Assembly (NCBI GenBank): GCA_043824255.1
Contig: JBDRTG010000047.1
Location: 160,001 to 224,000, forward strand
DNA: 64,000 nucleotides
Origin: a bacterium
Lineage (GTDB): Bacteria; JAHJDO01
Reading direction: 5' to 3'
Numbering within the stretch: the stretch's first letter is position 1; each line of letters starts with the position of its first letter. Positions 31,145 through 41,793 of this stretch are shown here, piece by piece. The notes under the pieces are model-generated. The model saw only the letters and a program-made list of their open reading frames with translations, was not told the DNA's origin and made no database searches. The translations under genes and the position numbers were made by a program.

Positions 31145-32263
31145 ATGTTCTTATTTTATCTCCTAAAAAGGCTTAAGAGCGCACTTCATAACATTAATCT
31201 CAATCGAAAATTAAAGATTATACATTCATGGGGAACAGGCAGAACCTTTCAATTCCCTGAGGAGATCTGTATTGAACTTACAAGAAGATGTAATCTCAGA
31301 TGCTCAATGTGTTATCAGCAACACAATCAGATTCGCGCTGAGGATGAGCTGTCCCTGGAAGAAATAAAAAATGCGTTCAACAAACTGAAACCAAAAACCG
31401 TGAGTCTTACTGGTGGAGAAATTTTTATTCGCAAGGACATTTTTGATATTCTAGATTACTTTGCTGATAAAGGAGTAACTGTTCAAAATTTAATAACAAA
31501 TGGTACACTAATAGATGAAGAAAAAGCCGCCCGTTTATCTAATCTTATTAAGCTTAGAGTAATACGTAATATTTCATTTTCCTTTGATGGGAAAGAGGAG
31601 ACACACGATATAATACGAAATTCCAAGGGTGCATTTAAACATGCATTTAATGGGGCTGAGAGACTTCTAAAGTTGCTTAAAGCCGTGCATGTAAGTACAG
31701 ATAAGTATATGCACGTTACTTCGGTAATTTCAAAAACTAATATGGAAAGTTTTGATGAATGTATCGAAGTTGTAAAAGAACTTGGGATAAAAAATATCGT
31801 ATTTAATCATCTTATATACAATACTCATGATGAGTTGGCGAGGTCTGCAAAGATGATTGGAAATTCCAATGTAGATCTATTTGATACATGTCCACAAGAA
31901 CAGAGTATTCCATTAGAGAAGATTTCGTTATTGGTGAATACCTGGCAAAAAGCTTTAAAGAAGGCTGGTGAATTCGGGATAAATATGTATTCACGGCCTA
32001 TAAGCAAACTAGAACACATTAAAAATTACTACAGACCAAATTACAACCCCAGGGGAGTTTGCATATATCCTTTTTTCTCGTGTAGAATAAATTCCGATGG
32101 GACTGTGCCTTTTTGTCTTTTAATGCAGCATAAAATGGGTAATATTCGAAATGAATCTCTTATATCTATATGGAACAATACTGAATTCAAGAGGATGAGA
32201 AAAAAACTTTTATCTGGAATCTACCCCATATGCAAAAGGTGCTGCAAACTAGTTACTTATTAA
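31145..32263 (+). CDS. radical SAM protein with a SPASM/twitch domain
   Basis: ELTRRCNLRCSMC, LTGGE, TNGT, SFDG, C..PF...INSDG.V..C, GNI...SL..IWN, C..C. Confidence 0.9.
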   Translation: MFLFYLLKRLKSALHNINLNRKLKIIHSWGTGRTFQFPEEICIELTRRCNLRCSMCYQQHNQIRAEDELSLEEIKNAFNKLKPKTVSLTGGEIFIRKDIFDILDYFADKGVTVQNLITNGTLIDEEKAARLSNLIKLRVIRNISFSFDGKEETHDIIRNSKGAFKHAFNGAERLLKLLKAVHVSTDKYMHVTSVISKTNMESFDECIEVVKELGIKNIVFNHLIYNTHDELARSAKMIGNSNVDLFDTCPQEQSIPLEKISLLVNTWQKALKKAGEFGINMYSRPISKLEHIKNYYRPNYNPRGVCIYPFFSCRINSDGTVPFCLLMQHKMGNIRNESLISIWNNTEFKRMRKKLLSGIYPICKRCCKLVTY

Positions 32264-32281
32264 CAAATCAAGCATTTCAAA

Positions 32282-32311
32282 TTGACAAGGAAAGGGTATG
32301 TAATATATACT
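32282..32311 (+). promoter_or_regulatory. putative sigma70 promoter
   Basis: TTGACA-18-TATACT, followed by an AGGAGGTG RBS. Confidence 0.5.
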
Positions 32312-32355
32312 TACAAAACATAAAAATGTATGTATAGAAAGGAGGTGAAAGAAAA

Positions 32356-33006
32356 ATGAAATCTTTATTTAGAGTTGGTTTAATTACCGTATTGGCTGGC
32401 GTATGTTTTAGTTTAGTGTATGCAGGCGGACTTCCAAAGAAGGTAGCTCAACCGCAGAAAAAAACAGCGGTAAAACAAATTTCTGAAGGTGTAACGACAG
32501 GCGTTTTGACTACCGCGGCAACAATAAAAGAAGCAACAACCTACATAGGGGCTGAAAGTGTTTGGTCTCTTAGGAACAAAATGCCAAGAACTAAAATTTA
32601 CGCAAGAGTTGAGACTTCTGATGATAGATACTATCTTCTTGGGATCAGTAAAATAGATCTAAAGGCATCAAATCCATACGGGCGAAGAGATAGAAGAAAC
32701 GTTCAATATCTTGAGTATGACGCGCAGATTGCATCTAAATACCTCAATAATAGTCTGACACTTAGAGGTGGCGTTATAAATTCAGGAGTGGGATTGGGAG
32801 TAGACTATATGCTGCCTAATGAAAAAACTAGCATCACAGTTGAAGGACACAGCTCCGTTTATAGTTCCCCGTTCTTTCTCAGAACAAACCTGAGTTATAA
32901 GATATGGGAAGACAAGGACTACTATATAATTGCCGGTGCAGAGGATATGCTGGATAAGCTTTCACTCATAGCAGGCATAAAAATAGAGTATGGTCTAGCA
33001 AGATAG
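32356..33006 (+). CDS. exported hypothetical protein, possible small beta-barrel
   Basis: Signal peptide and alternating hydrophobic strands (LTLRGGVINSGVGLGVDY, LRTNLSYKI, IAGIKIEY). Confidence 0.6.
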   Translation: MKSLFRVGLITVLAGVCFSLVYAGGLPKKVAQPQKKTAVKQISEGVTTGVLTTAATIKEATTYIGAESVWSLRNKMPRTKIYARVETSDDRYYLLGISKIDLKASNPYGRRDRRNVQYLEYDAQIASKYLNNSLTLRGGVINSGVGLGVDYMLPNEKTSITVEGHSSVYSSPFFLRTNLSYKIWEDKDYYIIAGAEDMLDKLSLIAGIKIEYGLAR

Positions 33007-33010
33007 TTTT

Positions 33011-33050
33011 TATGCCACAGCATAGAAAAAATTCTCTGTGCTGTGGCATA
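33011..33050. terminator. putative bidirectional intrinsic terminator
   Basis: 12-bp perfect inverted repeat TATGCCACAGCA/TGCTGTGGCATA between convergent genes. Confidence 0.65.
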
Positions 33051-33068
33051 TGTATATAATCTAACTTT

Positions 33069-34019
33069 CTACGGTCTGTTTTTTATATAATTGCTAATGA
33101 TCTGCTGTTTTTCTTCTGGTAATTCTGAAAATTCAATATCTAGTTCGTATTCATCTTTCAGCGATGTTTGCCTGCACGATAGGACATTCCCTAGTATTTC
33201 ATTAATTACCTCATCATTTGAAAATTGAATTTGCATTTCTATGGTTGTGCCTGTTTTCGGCACGTACTTATCTGTTCCGATACAAATGCGAGACTCACTT
33301 ATATTTTTAGCATATGCCTGCTTTTCAAGCATAGGCTGTCCCAGAGCATATACAATATACTTAACAAGCACCTCATCTTTCCCTTTTATAGTTCCTGACT
33401 GCGAATCTTTGTTCTCAGATTTGCCAGTTTTTTGCTTAAAGTTTATTATTTGCTTGCCTATGTTTATTTCATCGTTATTTTTTAATATATGTTTAAGCCC
33501 TTTTTTGCCCTTAATCTTAGTGCCATTATAGGAATGAAGATCGTATAACACATAGCCCTCATGTTGTGGCCGTATCTTTGCGTGGAGTTTGGATACCAAT
33601 TCATCTTCTAGTATTAGTTCATTATCTTCGGATCTTCCTATCCAGAACTCTATGTTTGGACGTAATTTGTATGTTTCTGATTCCCCGCCCTCCTTTCTCC
33701 ATATAAGCTCAGCAGGAGAAAGAGATAAAGCAACTTCTTCTTCAATTAAGCCTTTTGGTATTTTCCCATACTCATCTTCTTCCTCTTTAGCATGCTGCTT
33801 CTTCTCAAACTTTATTATTATATCAATCAACTTGTCTATTTTTGAAAGGCCAATATAAACCAGAATAATAAGAGTTGATATAGTAAAAATAGAAAAACCA
33901 AATTTAACAGGATGATCTTTTATAAACAGTTCAGCTTTACTAACTGCAAAAACATTTGTCGAAGAAAATAAAAGTGCAGTGATTTGACAAATAACTAAAA
34001 ATAACGATTTTTTCAGCAT
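33069..34019 (-). CDS. membrane-anchored FHA-domain protein with a PilZ-like C-terminus
   Basis: Signal peptide plus TM; FHA motifs IGRSEDN, VSKLHA, DLHSYNGT, LKNNDEINIG; C-terminal NISES and DIEF..L....I..YI pattern. Confidence 0.75.
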   Translation of the reverse strand: MLKKSLFLVICQITALLFSSTNVFAVSKAELFIKDHPVKFGFSIFTISTLIILVYIGLSKIDKLIDIIIKFEKKQHAKEEEDEYGKIPKGLIEEEVALSLSPAELIWRKEGGESETYKLRPNIEFWIGRSEDNELILEDELVSKLHAKIRPQHEGYVLYDLHSYNGTKIKGKKGLKHILKNNDEINIGKQIINFKQKTGKSENKDSQSGTIKGKDEVLVKYIVYALGQPMLEKQAYAKNISESRICIGTDKYVPKTGTTIEMQIQFSNDEVINEILGNVLSCRQTSLKDEYELDIEFSELPEEKQQIISNYIKNRP

Positions 34020-35197
34020 ATCTTTTTTCTGTCCTGTTTACCGATCTCGTTATAAATATTCATGAATTTCCGTGCAATAACTTCTTTATTTAATTGTTCA
34101 GAAATTTCAATAACTGTGCTTTCTTTAACTCTTTTGCCCTCTTCTAACATTTTTATTATAGCATTTTCAAGAGCAACTGGAGTATCTTTCTCTATAAGAG
34201 TAACATCGCCGGGATATTGGTCAGCCAGTTCAATACCAGCAGGATTGTTTGTTGTGATAACTGGTGTTCCGCATACTAGCGATTCCAATACTACATTAGC
34301 TCTGGATTCCAATGTTGAGGATAGAATAAAAATATCTGAAGAAGCGTAAAAATCAACCAGCGCCTTATGAGCCACAACGCCTGTAAATACTACGTTGTTT
34401 TCAAGGCGTAGTGTTGTAACTAATCGTTCTAATGTTTCAAACAGTGGCCCTTCTCCTGTTAATACTAATTTTAATTTTGGATATTTTTTAATAACTTCTG
34501 GTAAACTTTTTATCAAAAGTTCGTGTCCGTATATTGGTATCATCCCCTTAACATTCAACAATATTTTATCTGCATTAAATTTTTTCTTTAGAAAATTTGA
34601 ACGTTTTCCTCTCTGTAATATAAAGAAATCGCTAACCATATAAGATATTACTTTACTTTTAATTCCCGTATCATTCAATAATTTATCAGCAAGACAGGTA
34701 CTAATGCAGATAACTTTATCAACATTGTGAACAATTCTTTTATAAAGATTGAAAAAACTTTTTTTATAATACCACACGTCTGTTCCGTGAAAGTGAAGGA
34801 TAATAGGTTTTCTTAGGATTTTACCTACAACAAATCCTACAATTGTCAGATCTGTATATCCATGTATATGAATTATATTTAGCTTATGTAATCTCGCGAT
34901 CATTACTTTGAAAATATTAATTAATGTAAGTAAACGATAATATTTATTTAATATCGAATTGATTGCTTTTATTTTATATCTTTTGCGTGATAAATTTAAA
35001 CTTTTCGCGTACATATTTCTTATTGCGTGTACTTTTACATTACTATTTACCCTATTCGAACTGTATTGCTCTGGAATAACAAAAGTAAAAACCTCAACCA
35101 TGTTCCCTTTCTTAACTAACTCTGATGATAAATTATTACACATCATTCCAATTCCACTTGGATTGAAAAAGTGGGGTGTAATAATGGCAACTTTCAT
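34013..35197 (-). CDS. GT4 glycosyltransferase
   Basis: IIHIH, GEGPL, VVFTG.V, SDIFILSS..ES...VVLESL.CGTPVI. Confidence 0.9.
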   Translation of the reverse strand: MKVAIITPHFFNPSGIGMMCNNLSSELVKKGNMVEVFTFVIPEQYSSNRVNSNVKVHAIRNMYAKSLNLSRKRYKIKAINSILNKYYRLLTLINIFKVMIARLHKLNIIHIHGYTDLTIVGFVVGKILRKPIILHFHGTDVWYYKKSFFNLYKRIVHNVDKVICISTCLADKLLNDTGIKSKVISYMVSDFFILQRGKRSNFLKKKFNADKILLNVKGMIPIYGHELLIKSLPEVIKKYPKLKLVLTGEGPLFETLERLVTTLRLENNVVFTGVVAHKALVDFYASSDIFILSSTLESRANVVLESLVCGTPVITTNNPAGIELADQYPGDVTLIEKDTPVALENAIIKMLEEGKRVKESTVIEISEQLNKEVIARKFMNIYNEIGKQDRKKIC

Positions 35198-35211
35198 AAT
35201 TTCTCTTGTAA

Positions 35212-36216
35212 TTATGTCTTGCTTTTATACAAATAAAAACATGCTGAATCACCATCGTTATTCTTATTTAACTCAGCTGCTTTAGTTTTAAAAGAGTTTA
35301 TTTGTTCTTTTGAAAAGATAGATTTTCGAGGATTTTCGCAATAAGAGTTTCCAGCTCTGAGAGAAATATCTTTGAGATATTGTTCGCTTCCCCAAAATTG
35401 AAATTCTGTTGAATCAAATACAACATCTTTTATTTGAAAACCTGCCTTGTCTGCTAATATTTGAATGCTTTTAGTTGTATGTAAAAAAAGGTGGCGTGGA
35501 GCATCAAGCTGAACCCAATTAATGCCATATTTTCGCCAGACAAAAGAAGAAACAACAGGAATTTTAATTAATACATATCTATTAAATTTTAATGCGCGAT
35601 ATAATTCTTTAAATACAGATAAAGGTTCCCGCATATGTTCAAAAGAGTCATGTAACAGTATAAAATCAAACTGTTGTTTAAGTTTAGATATATTTTTTTT
35701 TAAGACGTTAAGCCCTTTTTCATAAAAAATGTCATCGTTGATAAACGTGTCAACGCCTGTAAGATTAGAAAATCCATCTTTATGCATACTAACGAGAAGA
35801 TGTCCAACACCACAGCCTACATCTAAAATCTCCGATTCGAATCCTATTTTAACCTTTTTAAACCAGTTATAGTAATTAGGCGTTTTGTATAGTTTTGTTA
35901 GCAACATTCCTATAATATTTTTTTTATAAAGACAGTATTTTGCTCTTTGATGTTTAAGAAAAGACTTTAGAAAATCATCTTTAAAATAATATGGCTTTAG
36001 AAAAGAATAATAATTTTTAGGGTAATATTCTGAAAGGTTATCTGGAATTCTGTTTATTTGTAAACATCCGCACTCCCCACATTTAAAATATTCAAATTTA
36101 TCTCTATAACCAAACATCATTTCGCACACAATGTAAAATTTGTTATTAACCGTATTTTTACATATTTTACAAATACTCATGTTGCCTTCTTTTAATTTAG
36201 TATCTAATCCCCGCAA
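35212..36216 (-). CDS. class I SAM-dependent methyltransferase with N-terminal CxxC pairs
   Basis: CKIC...CGECG, LSEYYP, ILDVGCGVG, FEH, DAPRHL. Confidence 0.88.
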   Translation of the reverse strand: MRGLDTKLKEGNMSICKICKNTVNNKFYIVCEMMFGYRDKFEYFKCGECGCLQINRIPDNLSEYYPKNYYSFLKPYYFKDDFLKSFLKHQRAKYCLYKKNIIGMLLTKLYKTPNYYNWFKKVKIGFESEILDVGCGVGHLLVSMHKDGFSNLTGVDTFINDDIFYEKGLNVLKKNISKLKQQFDFILLHDSFEHMREPLSVFKELYRALKFNRYVLIKIPVVSSFVWRKYGINWVQLDAPRHLFLHTTKSIQILADKAGFQIKDVVFDSTEFQFWGSEQYLKDISLRAGNSYCENPRKSIFSKEQINSFKTKAAELNKNNDGDSACFYLYKSKT

Positions 36217-38368
36217 CCATTCCCTTTATTCTAGGCATAATTATTTTGAGATTTCTTCTTTTTATGGCAGACAATATATGTATTACATTCTCTATCCCAA
36301 AATACCATGAGAAGCTGATTATCTGTGTAATGGCTGCATTTTTTTTCATAAAGATAATCCTGTTTCTGGTCTTGAAAAAAGCTCCAAATGGATTTTCAGA
36401 GCCTCCGCTTGTTCTTGCGACTTTATGCCACAGCTTTGCTCTTGGCGCAACTATGCATTTAAATCCAGCTTTTATTGCTTTTGTACAGTAGTCTATGTCT
36501 TCCTGATAATAAAAATAACTTTCATCCATTAATCCGATTTTACTAATAACACTTTTATGTATAAGTAATGCGCAGCCACTTATGAAGTCAGAATTACATA
36601 TCTCATTATATTGCCCATAATCTTGCTTCATCCCTCCGATATGTGACGTTACCCCGGTTTTCCAGTCCATTTTACCTCTTGCGAACCACAAAGTACAAGA
36701 TTTATCATAATAATACATTTTAGGACCTACAATACCTATTGTTAAATTAACTTTCATGGGTTTTATTAACTCGCTTAACATATCAGGTGCAGCTTTAGTG
36801 TCGTTATTCAGGAGCAAAACACTATCAAAACCCATCTTCATAGCATGCCTTATAGCTATATTGTTAGCCTCAGCAAATCCCAAGTTAGCCTTATTCTCCA
36901 ATAGAATTACCCATGGATAATTTTTCTTGAAATAATCTTGAGAACCATCTGTAGAAGCATTATCCACAATGCAAGTTTTATAATTCTTATATGTTTGCGC
37001 TTTTATAGATTCAAGGCACTCAATAGTATCTTCTCTGCCGTTATGATTAAGAATTATAATTAAAACACTTGGGTCCATAGGTTTAGAATTTTCTATGAGT
37101 ATGTTTCCCTGCATTATGACTTTATTCTCAAGGTTACTACCTATGATTTTCTGTATTACAAAATTATCAAGCTGTAGCTCATTTCTCACTCCTTCTTTCA
37201 TAAGCTTCTTATATACAAAAACGAATTTCCCAAAGATCACTTCTTCCAGCAAATTTCCCGTAACAAATTTTCTTGCATTTTCCCTAATAGCCTCGATTCT
37301 ATGTTTGTCCTCTAGAAGTTTCATTATCTCAGAGGCAATCGCTTCCGGAGTATTTTCTTTTACAATGATTCCTGTTTTGCCATTTTGGATAAGTTCTTCA
37401 GCACCCTTACACCGAGTAGAAACAACTACAGGTCCCACTATCATTGCTTCTCCAACAACGTGCGGACATGATTCAAGTCTGCTTCCCAATATTTTTATTT
37501 GAGCATCTTTTAGATATCGAGAAACCTCATGGTGTTTCACATGCCCCATAAACTCAACATTCTTCTCAATCTCAAGTTCTCTGCAGCGTTTTTTTAGAGA
37601 ATCAAGCAAAGGTCCTTCCCCGAGAAATTTGTGATTTATGTCAACCCCTTTTCTCTTCAGCACACCAATTGCCTCCAGAACAATATCTGCCCCGCCTATA
37701 GGATATAAGTCTTTTACTGTTATTGTATGATTTTTCTTTCCGCAGTATTTGTCAGAGAGAAACAAGTTTCTATTTACCTCAGTCCATATCACACCATCAA
37801 TCCTCAGCCCTTTCTTAATCAATTCTTCTTTGAGACAATAGCTGTTAGCGATTGTGGTATATCGTCTATTTATTATTCTTTTCAGGTCAAAAAATTTTGT
37901 AGGAATATAATCCCATCCGTCTGTTCCCACAAATACCTGCATTACTTTTTTCTTTCTCAATTTATGCCATGCAAGTATCAAAGCTGTATTCCACAAGCTC
38001 CAACCATGTATCTCTATTATGTCGCGGTCTTCTGCAAACTTTGAGATTTCTCTGTACAGCATTAAAATATCCAAAACTTTGTACAAAAATCCTAACTTGT
38101 TTCTTCTGAAGAATGGAGTTATCCTCTTTATATTCGGATGCCTGTACATTTGAGGTATTTCTTCTGTTGACATCTTCGGAGAGAACCCAATCATCTTTAC
38201 ATCAACACCTTTCTCTAACAGCCACTTAAACTTGGTCCAGTTGGAGATAGCCATTCCTACATCATCAGGGACCAATACAGGAGAAATAATACCTATGGTA
38301 GCAATTTTAAATTCTAAATTCTTAATTTTTAATTGAGGTTTGATATTGTTCTTTAATTTAAAATTCAT
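36197..38368 (-). CDS. bifunctional GT4 + GT2 glycosyltransferase
   Basis: GT4 half: GEGPL, ES.P...GEAM, TGII. GT2 half: IILNHNG, VDNASTDGS, NLGFAEANN, LLNND, SGCALL, YQEDID, WHK. Confidence 0.88.
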   Translation of the reverse strand: MNFKLKNNIKPQLKIKNLEFKIATIGIISPVLVPDDVGMAISNWTKFKWLLEKGVDVKMIGFSPKMSTEEIPQMYRHPNIKRITPFFRRNKLGFLYKVLDILMLYREISKFAEDRDIIEIHGWSLWNTALILAWHKLRKKKVMQVFVGTDGWDYIPTKFFDLKRIINRRYTTIANSYCLKEELIKKGLRIDGVIWTEVNRNLFLSDKYCGKKNHTITVKDLYPIGGADIVLEAIGVLKRKGVDINHKFLGEGPLLDSLKKRCRELEIEKNVEFMGHVKHHEVSRYLKDAQIKILGSRLESCPHVVGEAMIVGPVVVSTRCKGAEELIQNGKTGIIVKENTPEAIASEIMKLLEDKHRIEAIRENARKFVTGNLLEEVIFGKFVFVYKKLMKEGVRNELQLDNFVIQKIIGSNLENKVIMQGNILIENSKPMDPSVLIIILNHNGREDTIECLESIKAQTYKNYKTCIVDNASTDGSQDYFKKNYPWVILLENKANLGFAEANNIAIRHAMKMGFDSVLLLNNDTKAAPDMLSELIKPMKVNLTIGIVGPKMYYYDKSCTLWFARGKMDWKTGVTSHIGGMKQDYGQYNEICNSDFISGCALLIHKSVISKIGLMDESYFYYQEDIDYCTKAIKAGFKCIVAPRAKLWHKVARTSGGSENPFGAFFKTRNRIIFMKKNAAITQIISFSWYFGIENVIHILSAIKRRNLKIIMPRIKGMVAGIRY
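38301..38335 (-). repeat. 5 x 7-nt tandem repeat in the N-terminal coding region
   Basis: Coding strand CAATTAA AAATTAA GAATTTA GAATTTA AAATTGC = QLKIKNLEFKIA. Confidence 0.75.
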
Positions 38369-39492
38369 AATTCACAATTAAGAATTTTATTGTATTCTTT
38401 ATATAACTTATCTACTATCTTTGGCCAGTCATAATTACGTGCATTTTTAATCCCATTCTTGCTAAATTGCTCTCTTTTTTTATTGTTTGAGAGAAGCTCA
38501 ATTACTGCTTCTGAAAATGCTTTTGTATCTTTGGTTTTTACAAGAATACCCGTTTCGTTGTCTATAACAACTTCCGGTATGCTTGCGGTATTAAATCCAA
38601 CACATGGCAGACCGCTTGCCTGCGCTTCCATAAACGGCATTCCAAACCCTTCGTATATAGATGCGCATGTAAATAAATCCGCAGATTTATAATACAATAT
38701 AACGTCTTCTACAGGGAGATGCCCAAGCAGATAGATGTTTCCAATCTCCCCGGCTCTCTGTTTGACCAATTCTGAATAATCGTCATTATCAAACTTGCCA
38801 ATAATATAGAGATGCGCTTTGGGGATTTTCCCTAAAACCAGTTCAAAGGCATTTAACAGCAGATCTACGCCTTTATGTTTTACTATTCTTCCAACATAAA
38901 GTAATGCTGGATGACGCAAATTTAGCTTTTTCTCTTTTTTTCTAAATACCTGAAAATCTATACCTGGTGTAATAACCGTACTATTTATGGAGAATTTTGA
39001 CAGAAGATAGTTCCTAGTGAAGCCTGAATTTGTGATAACTTTATCTGCTTTAGATACATTCTTTATCATTCTTTTGTTTTCTAGAATTCTACGTTCTCTT
39101 TCATAGCCTACATACATATTGGGATCTGTGACATTGTGGTAATAATAAACAACTTTATATCCAAAAAATTTTCTATTCTTTATAACAAAACCATCCAGAG
39201 GAGGATAATGGATATTTACAATATCGGGTCTTATAATTTCCAAAGCCCTCTTAAAGAATATATTTGCTATCGGCTTCATAACCGGTTTAGTAAACAAGTA
39301 GTTACGACCTCTTGAGATATTTATTGGAGTAACTACAGGTATCCTAATATTCAAATGTTTGTGCGAACAAGACAACGTAAGAATGCTGACATTCACATCG
39401 TCGTATTTATATAACTGATTTGCGTGCGCGACAACTACTTCAGAAATCCCCGAACCTTCGGCAAGAGCCGTAAAAGCAACAGCAATATTCAT
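38365..39492 (-). CDS. GT4 glycosyltransferase
   Basis: YVGRI..HKG, YEGFGMPFMEAQASGLP, IPEVV, YDW. Start set at ATG 39492. Confidence 0.92.
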   Translation of the reverse strand: MNIAVAFTALAEGSGISEVVVAHANQLYKYDDVNVSILTLSCSHKHLNIRIPVVTPINISRGRNYLFTKPVMKPIANIFFKRALEIIRPDIVNIHYPPLDGFVIKNRKFFGYKVVYYYHNVTDPNMYVGYERERRILENKRMIKNVSKADKVITNSGFTRNYLLSKFSINSTVITPGIDFQVFRKKEKKLNLRHPALLYVGRIVKHKGVDLLLNAFELVLGKIPKAHLYIIGKFDNDDYSELVKQRAGEIGNIYLLGHLPVEDVILYYKSADLFTCASIYEGFGMPFMEAQASGLPCVGFNTASIPEVVIDNETGILVKTKDTKAFSEAVIELLSNNKKREQFSKNGIKNARNYDWPKIVDKLYKEYNKILNCEL

Positions 39493-40472
39493 AACCCAAT
39501 TATGCTCTTCCACCAGTTTTTATTCTCAATGTACCATGATATGGTTTGTTTTAGTCCCTCTTCAAAATTGTAAACAGGTTTCCAGCCTAATTGGCTTTTT
39601 ATCTTATCTGCATTGATAGCATAACGGCGATCATGCCCTGGTCTGTCTTTTACAAATTTTATTAATGTCTCTGGCTTTCCCAATCTTTTTAAAACAAACT
39701 TGGCTATATTTATATTAGTTCTCTCGTTATTAGCGCCTATGTTATAGGTTTCTCCTATTTCTCCTCTCTGTACCACTAAATCAATAGCCTTCGAGTGATC
39801 TATTGCATGAATCCAGTCCCTCACGTTTGTTCCATCCCCATAAATAGGCAGTGCCTTAGACTGGAGAGCATTGATGATTATTAGTGGAATAAATTTCTCA
39901 GGGAATTGGTATGGACCGTAATTATTTGAACACCGTGTAATTATAACAGGCAATTGATAGGTATGAAAATAAGCTTTTACAAGCATGTCAGCTGATGCTT
40001 TGCTTGCAGCATAAGGGCTGCTTGGCGCAAGTGGAGTTTCTTCCCTAAAATAGCCCTCACCAGGAAGATCCCCATATACTTCATCTGTTGAGATCTGTAT
40101 GAAGCGCTTAATACCAACCTGTTTTGCAATATCAAGAAGAGTTTGCACTCCAAGTATATTTGTTTTCATAAACTCAGCAGGATTAATGATACTTCTATCC
40201 ACATGTGATTCAGCGGCAAAATTAATAATTATATCAATTTTGTTTTCTGCGATAATTTGTTTAACCAATTTTGCATCTAAAATATCACCTTTAACAAATG
40301 CATATCTATTTTTATATTTTTCTTGAATATCCAAAAGATTTTCTAAATTTCCTGCATAAGTTAGCTTATCCAGATTTACAATGTTTATAGAGCTATATTT
40401 CTCTAACTCATATCGTATGAAATTAGACCCTATAAAACCACATCCACCGGTAACCAGCATATTTATTTTCAT
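39489..40472 (-). CDS. rfbB: dTDP-glucose 4,6-dehydratase
   Basis: GGCGFIG, DKLTYAGN, AAESHVDRSI, STDEVYG, PSSPYAASK, RCSNNYGP, DRPGHDRRY. Confidence 0.97.
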   Translation of the reverse strand: MKINMLVTGGCGFIGSNFIRYELEKYSSINIVNLDKLTYAGNLENLLDIQEKYKNRYAFVKGDILDAKLVKQIIAENKIDIIINFAAESHVDRSIINPAEFMKTNILGVQTLLDIAKQVGIKRFIQISTDEVYGDLPGEGYFREETPLAPSSPYAASKASADMLVKAYFHTYQLPVIITRCSNNYGPYQFPEKFIPLIIINALQSKALPIYGDGTNVRDWIHAIDHSKAIDLVVQRGEIGETYNIGANNERTNINIAKFVLKRLGKPETLIKFVKDRPGHDRRYAINADKIKSQLGWKPVYNFEEGLKQTISWYIENKNWWKSIIGL

Positions 40473-40927
40473 TAGCCGTTTTTTCTGCTCCAGTCGTATG
40501 GAATATCGCTTTTATATGGATCTATCCTGTATTCATCTGGTTTTTTGTGGTTATAACATTCTGTAGGGCAATTAACTATTATGGCCTCGTATTCACTTAT
40601 GCATTTAAAACCATGCGTTACCATCTTGGGGATTTGTATAAGCAAGTTATTATGCTCCCCTATAAAAAATTCATTAATTTCTCCCTTTGTAGAAGAATCA
40701 GTTCTGCTGTCGTAAAGAACTACCTTCATCATCCCTCTAATACATGCAAAATTATCTGTCTGTTTCTTGTGATAATGCCATGCTTTGACAACACCGGGAT
40801 AAGCAGTAGTTATATAGACCTGACCAAACTTTTCAAAAATTTCGTCATCTTCCCTGAACATCTCCATAACATGTCCACGTTCGTCAGGAATCGCCTTTAG
40901 CTTTTTTATTTTAACACCATTAATCAT
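40472..40927 (-). CDS. rfbC: dTDP-4-dehydrorhamnose 3,5-epimerase family protein
   Basis: DERG, GVVKAWHYH, DSR..S.T.G, IP..V.HGF. Confidence 0.85.
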   Translation of the reverse strand: MINGVKIKKLKAIPDERGHVMEMFREDDEIFEKFGQVYITTAYPGVVKAWHYHKKQTDNFACIRGMMKVVLYDSRTDSSTKGEINEFFIGEHNNLLIQIPKMVTHGFKCISEYEAIIVNCPTECYNHKKPDEYRIDPYKSDIPYDWSRKNG

Positions 40928-41793
40928 AATTCACTCCCCTCTATTAAGAATTTTTTTAAACTTTCTCTCCAGTGCGGAATATCAACAGCAATTGCAGACT
41001 TAATTTTACTCTTATTTAGCGCAGAATATGCAGGCCTCTTTGCCGCCCTTTCTGATTGAGCGCTTTTAATCGGTATTATTTTTGTAGAATGAAACTTGTT
41101 TTCTGAATTCTGAAGAATCTTTATAATCTCGCAGGCAAACTCATACCGGCTGCACTCTCCTTTATTTGAATAGTTATACATTCCATACTGTTTTGTCTCA
41201 AGTAATCTCAAGGTTATATCAACAATATCCCTTGCCCAAGTAGGATTCCCAATTTGATCATCAACAACACTGATTTCAGACTGATTAGATGCCTTACTTA
41301 TAACAGCTTTTACAAAGTTCTTCTCTCCCTTTCCATACATCCATGAAGTTCTTATCAAAAAGAATCTGATATGTGAATTTAGCAGATACTGTTCTCCCAA
41401 AAGCTTAGATTCTCCATATATGTTGAGTGGATTCGGTTTATCTTCTTCTATGTATGAAGATTTCTTTTCGCCGTCAAATACAAAATCCGTAGAGAAGTGC
41501 ACAAGCAGTATGTCATTCTCTCTGCAGACCTGTATAAGATTTTTTACTCCTTCGCCATTAACGCTAAAGGCTTTTTCTTGATTCCTCTCACATGCATCAA
41601 CATCAGTATATGCGGCACAATTTATCAGCGCCTGAGGATTAATGCTATCCACTGCATTTTCGATAGAAGAGATATCAATTATATTACATTCTTCTTCATC
41701 AGGAGCAATAATTGTGTAATCCTTCCTGTTTTGGCACTCAGAAACAAATTCTTTTGCCAGCATGCCTTTTGAACCTGTTAATAATACCTTCAA
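40924..41793 (-). CDS. rfbD: dTDP-4-dehydrorhamnose reductase
   Basis: GSKGML, NCAAYTDVD, STDFVFDG, PLNIYGESK, RTSW, DQIGNPT, AKRP.YS.L. Confidence 0.95.
   Translation of the reverse strand: MKVLLTGSKGMLAKEFVSECQNRKDYTIIAPDEEECNIIDISSIENAVDSINPQALINCAAYTDVDACERNQEKAFSVNGEGVKNLIQVCRENDILLVHFSTDFVFDGEKKSSYIEEDKPNPLNIYGESKLLGEQYLLNSHIRFFLIRTSWMYGKGEKNFVKAVISKASNQSEISVVDDQIGNPTWARDIVDITLRLLETKQYGMYNYSNKGECSRYEFACEIIKILQNSENKFHSTKIIPIKSAQSERAAKRPAYSALNKSKIKSAIAVDIPHWRESLKKFLIEGSEL

Noticed and set aside
36197..38368. GT4-GT2 fusion as a novel system
   Set aside because: Multi-domain glycosyltransferases are common in glycan loci; only its N-terminal heptamer array is reported.
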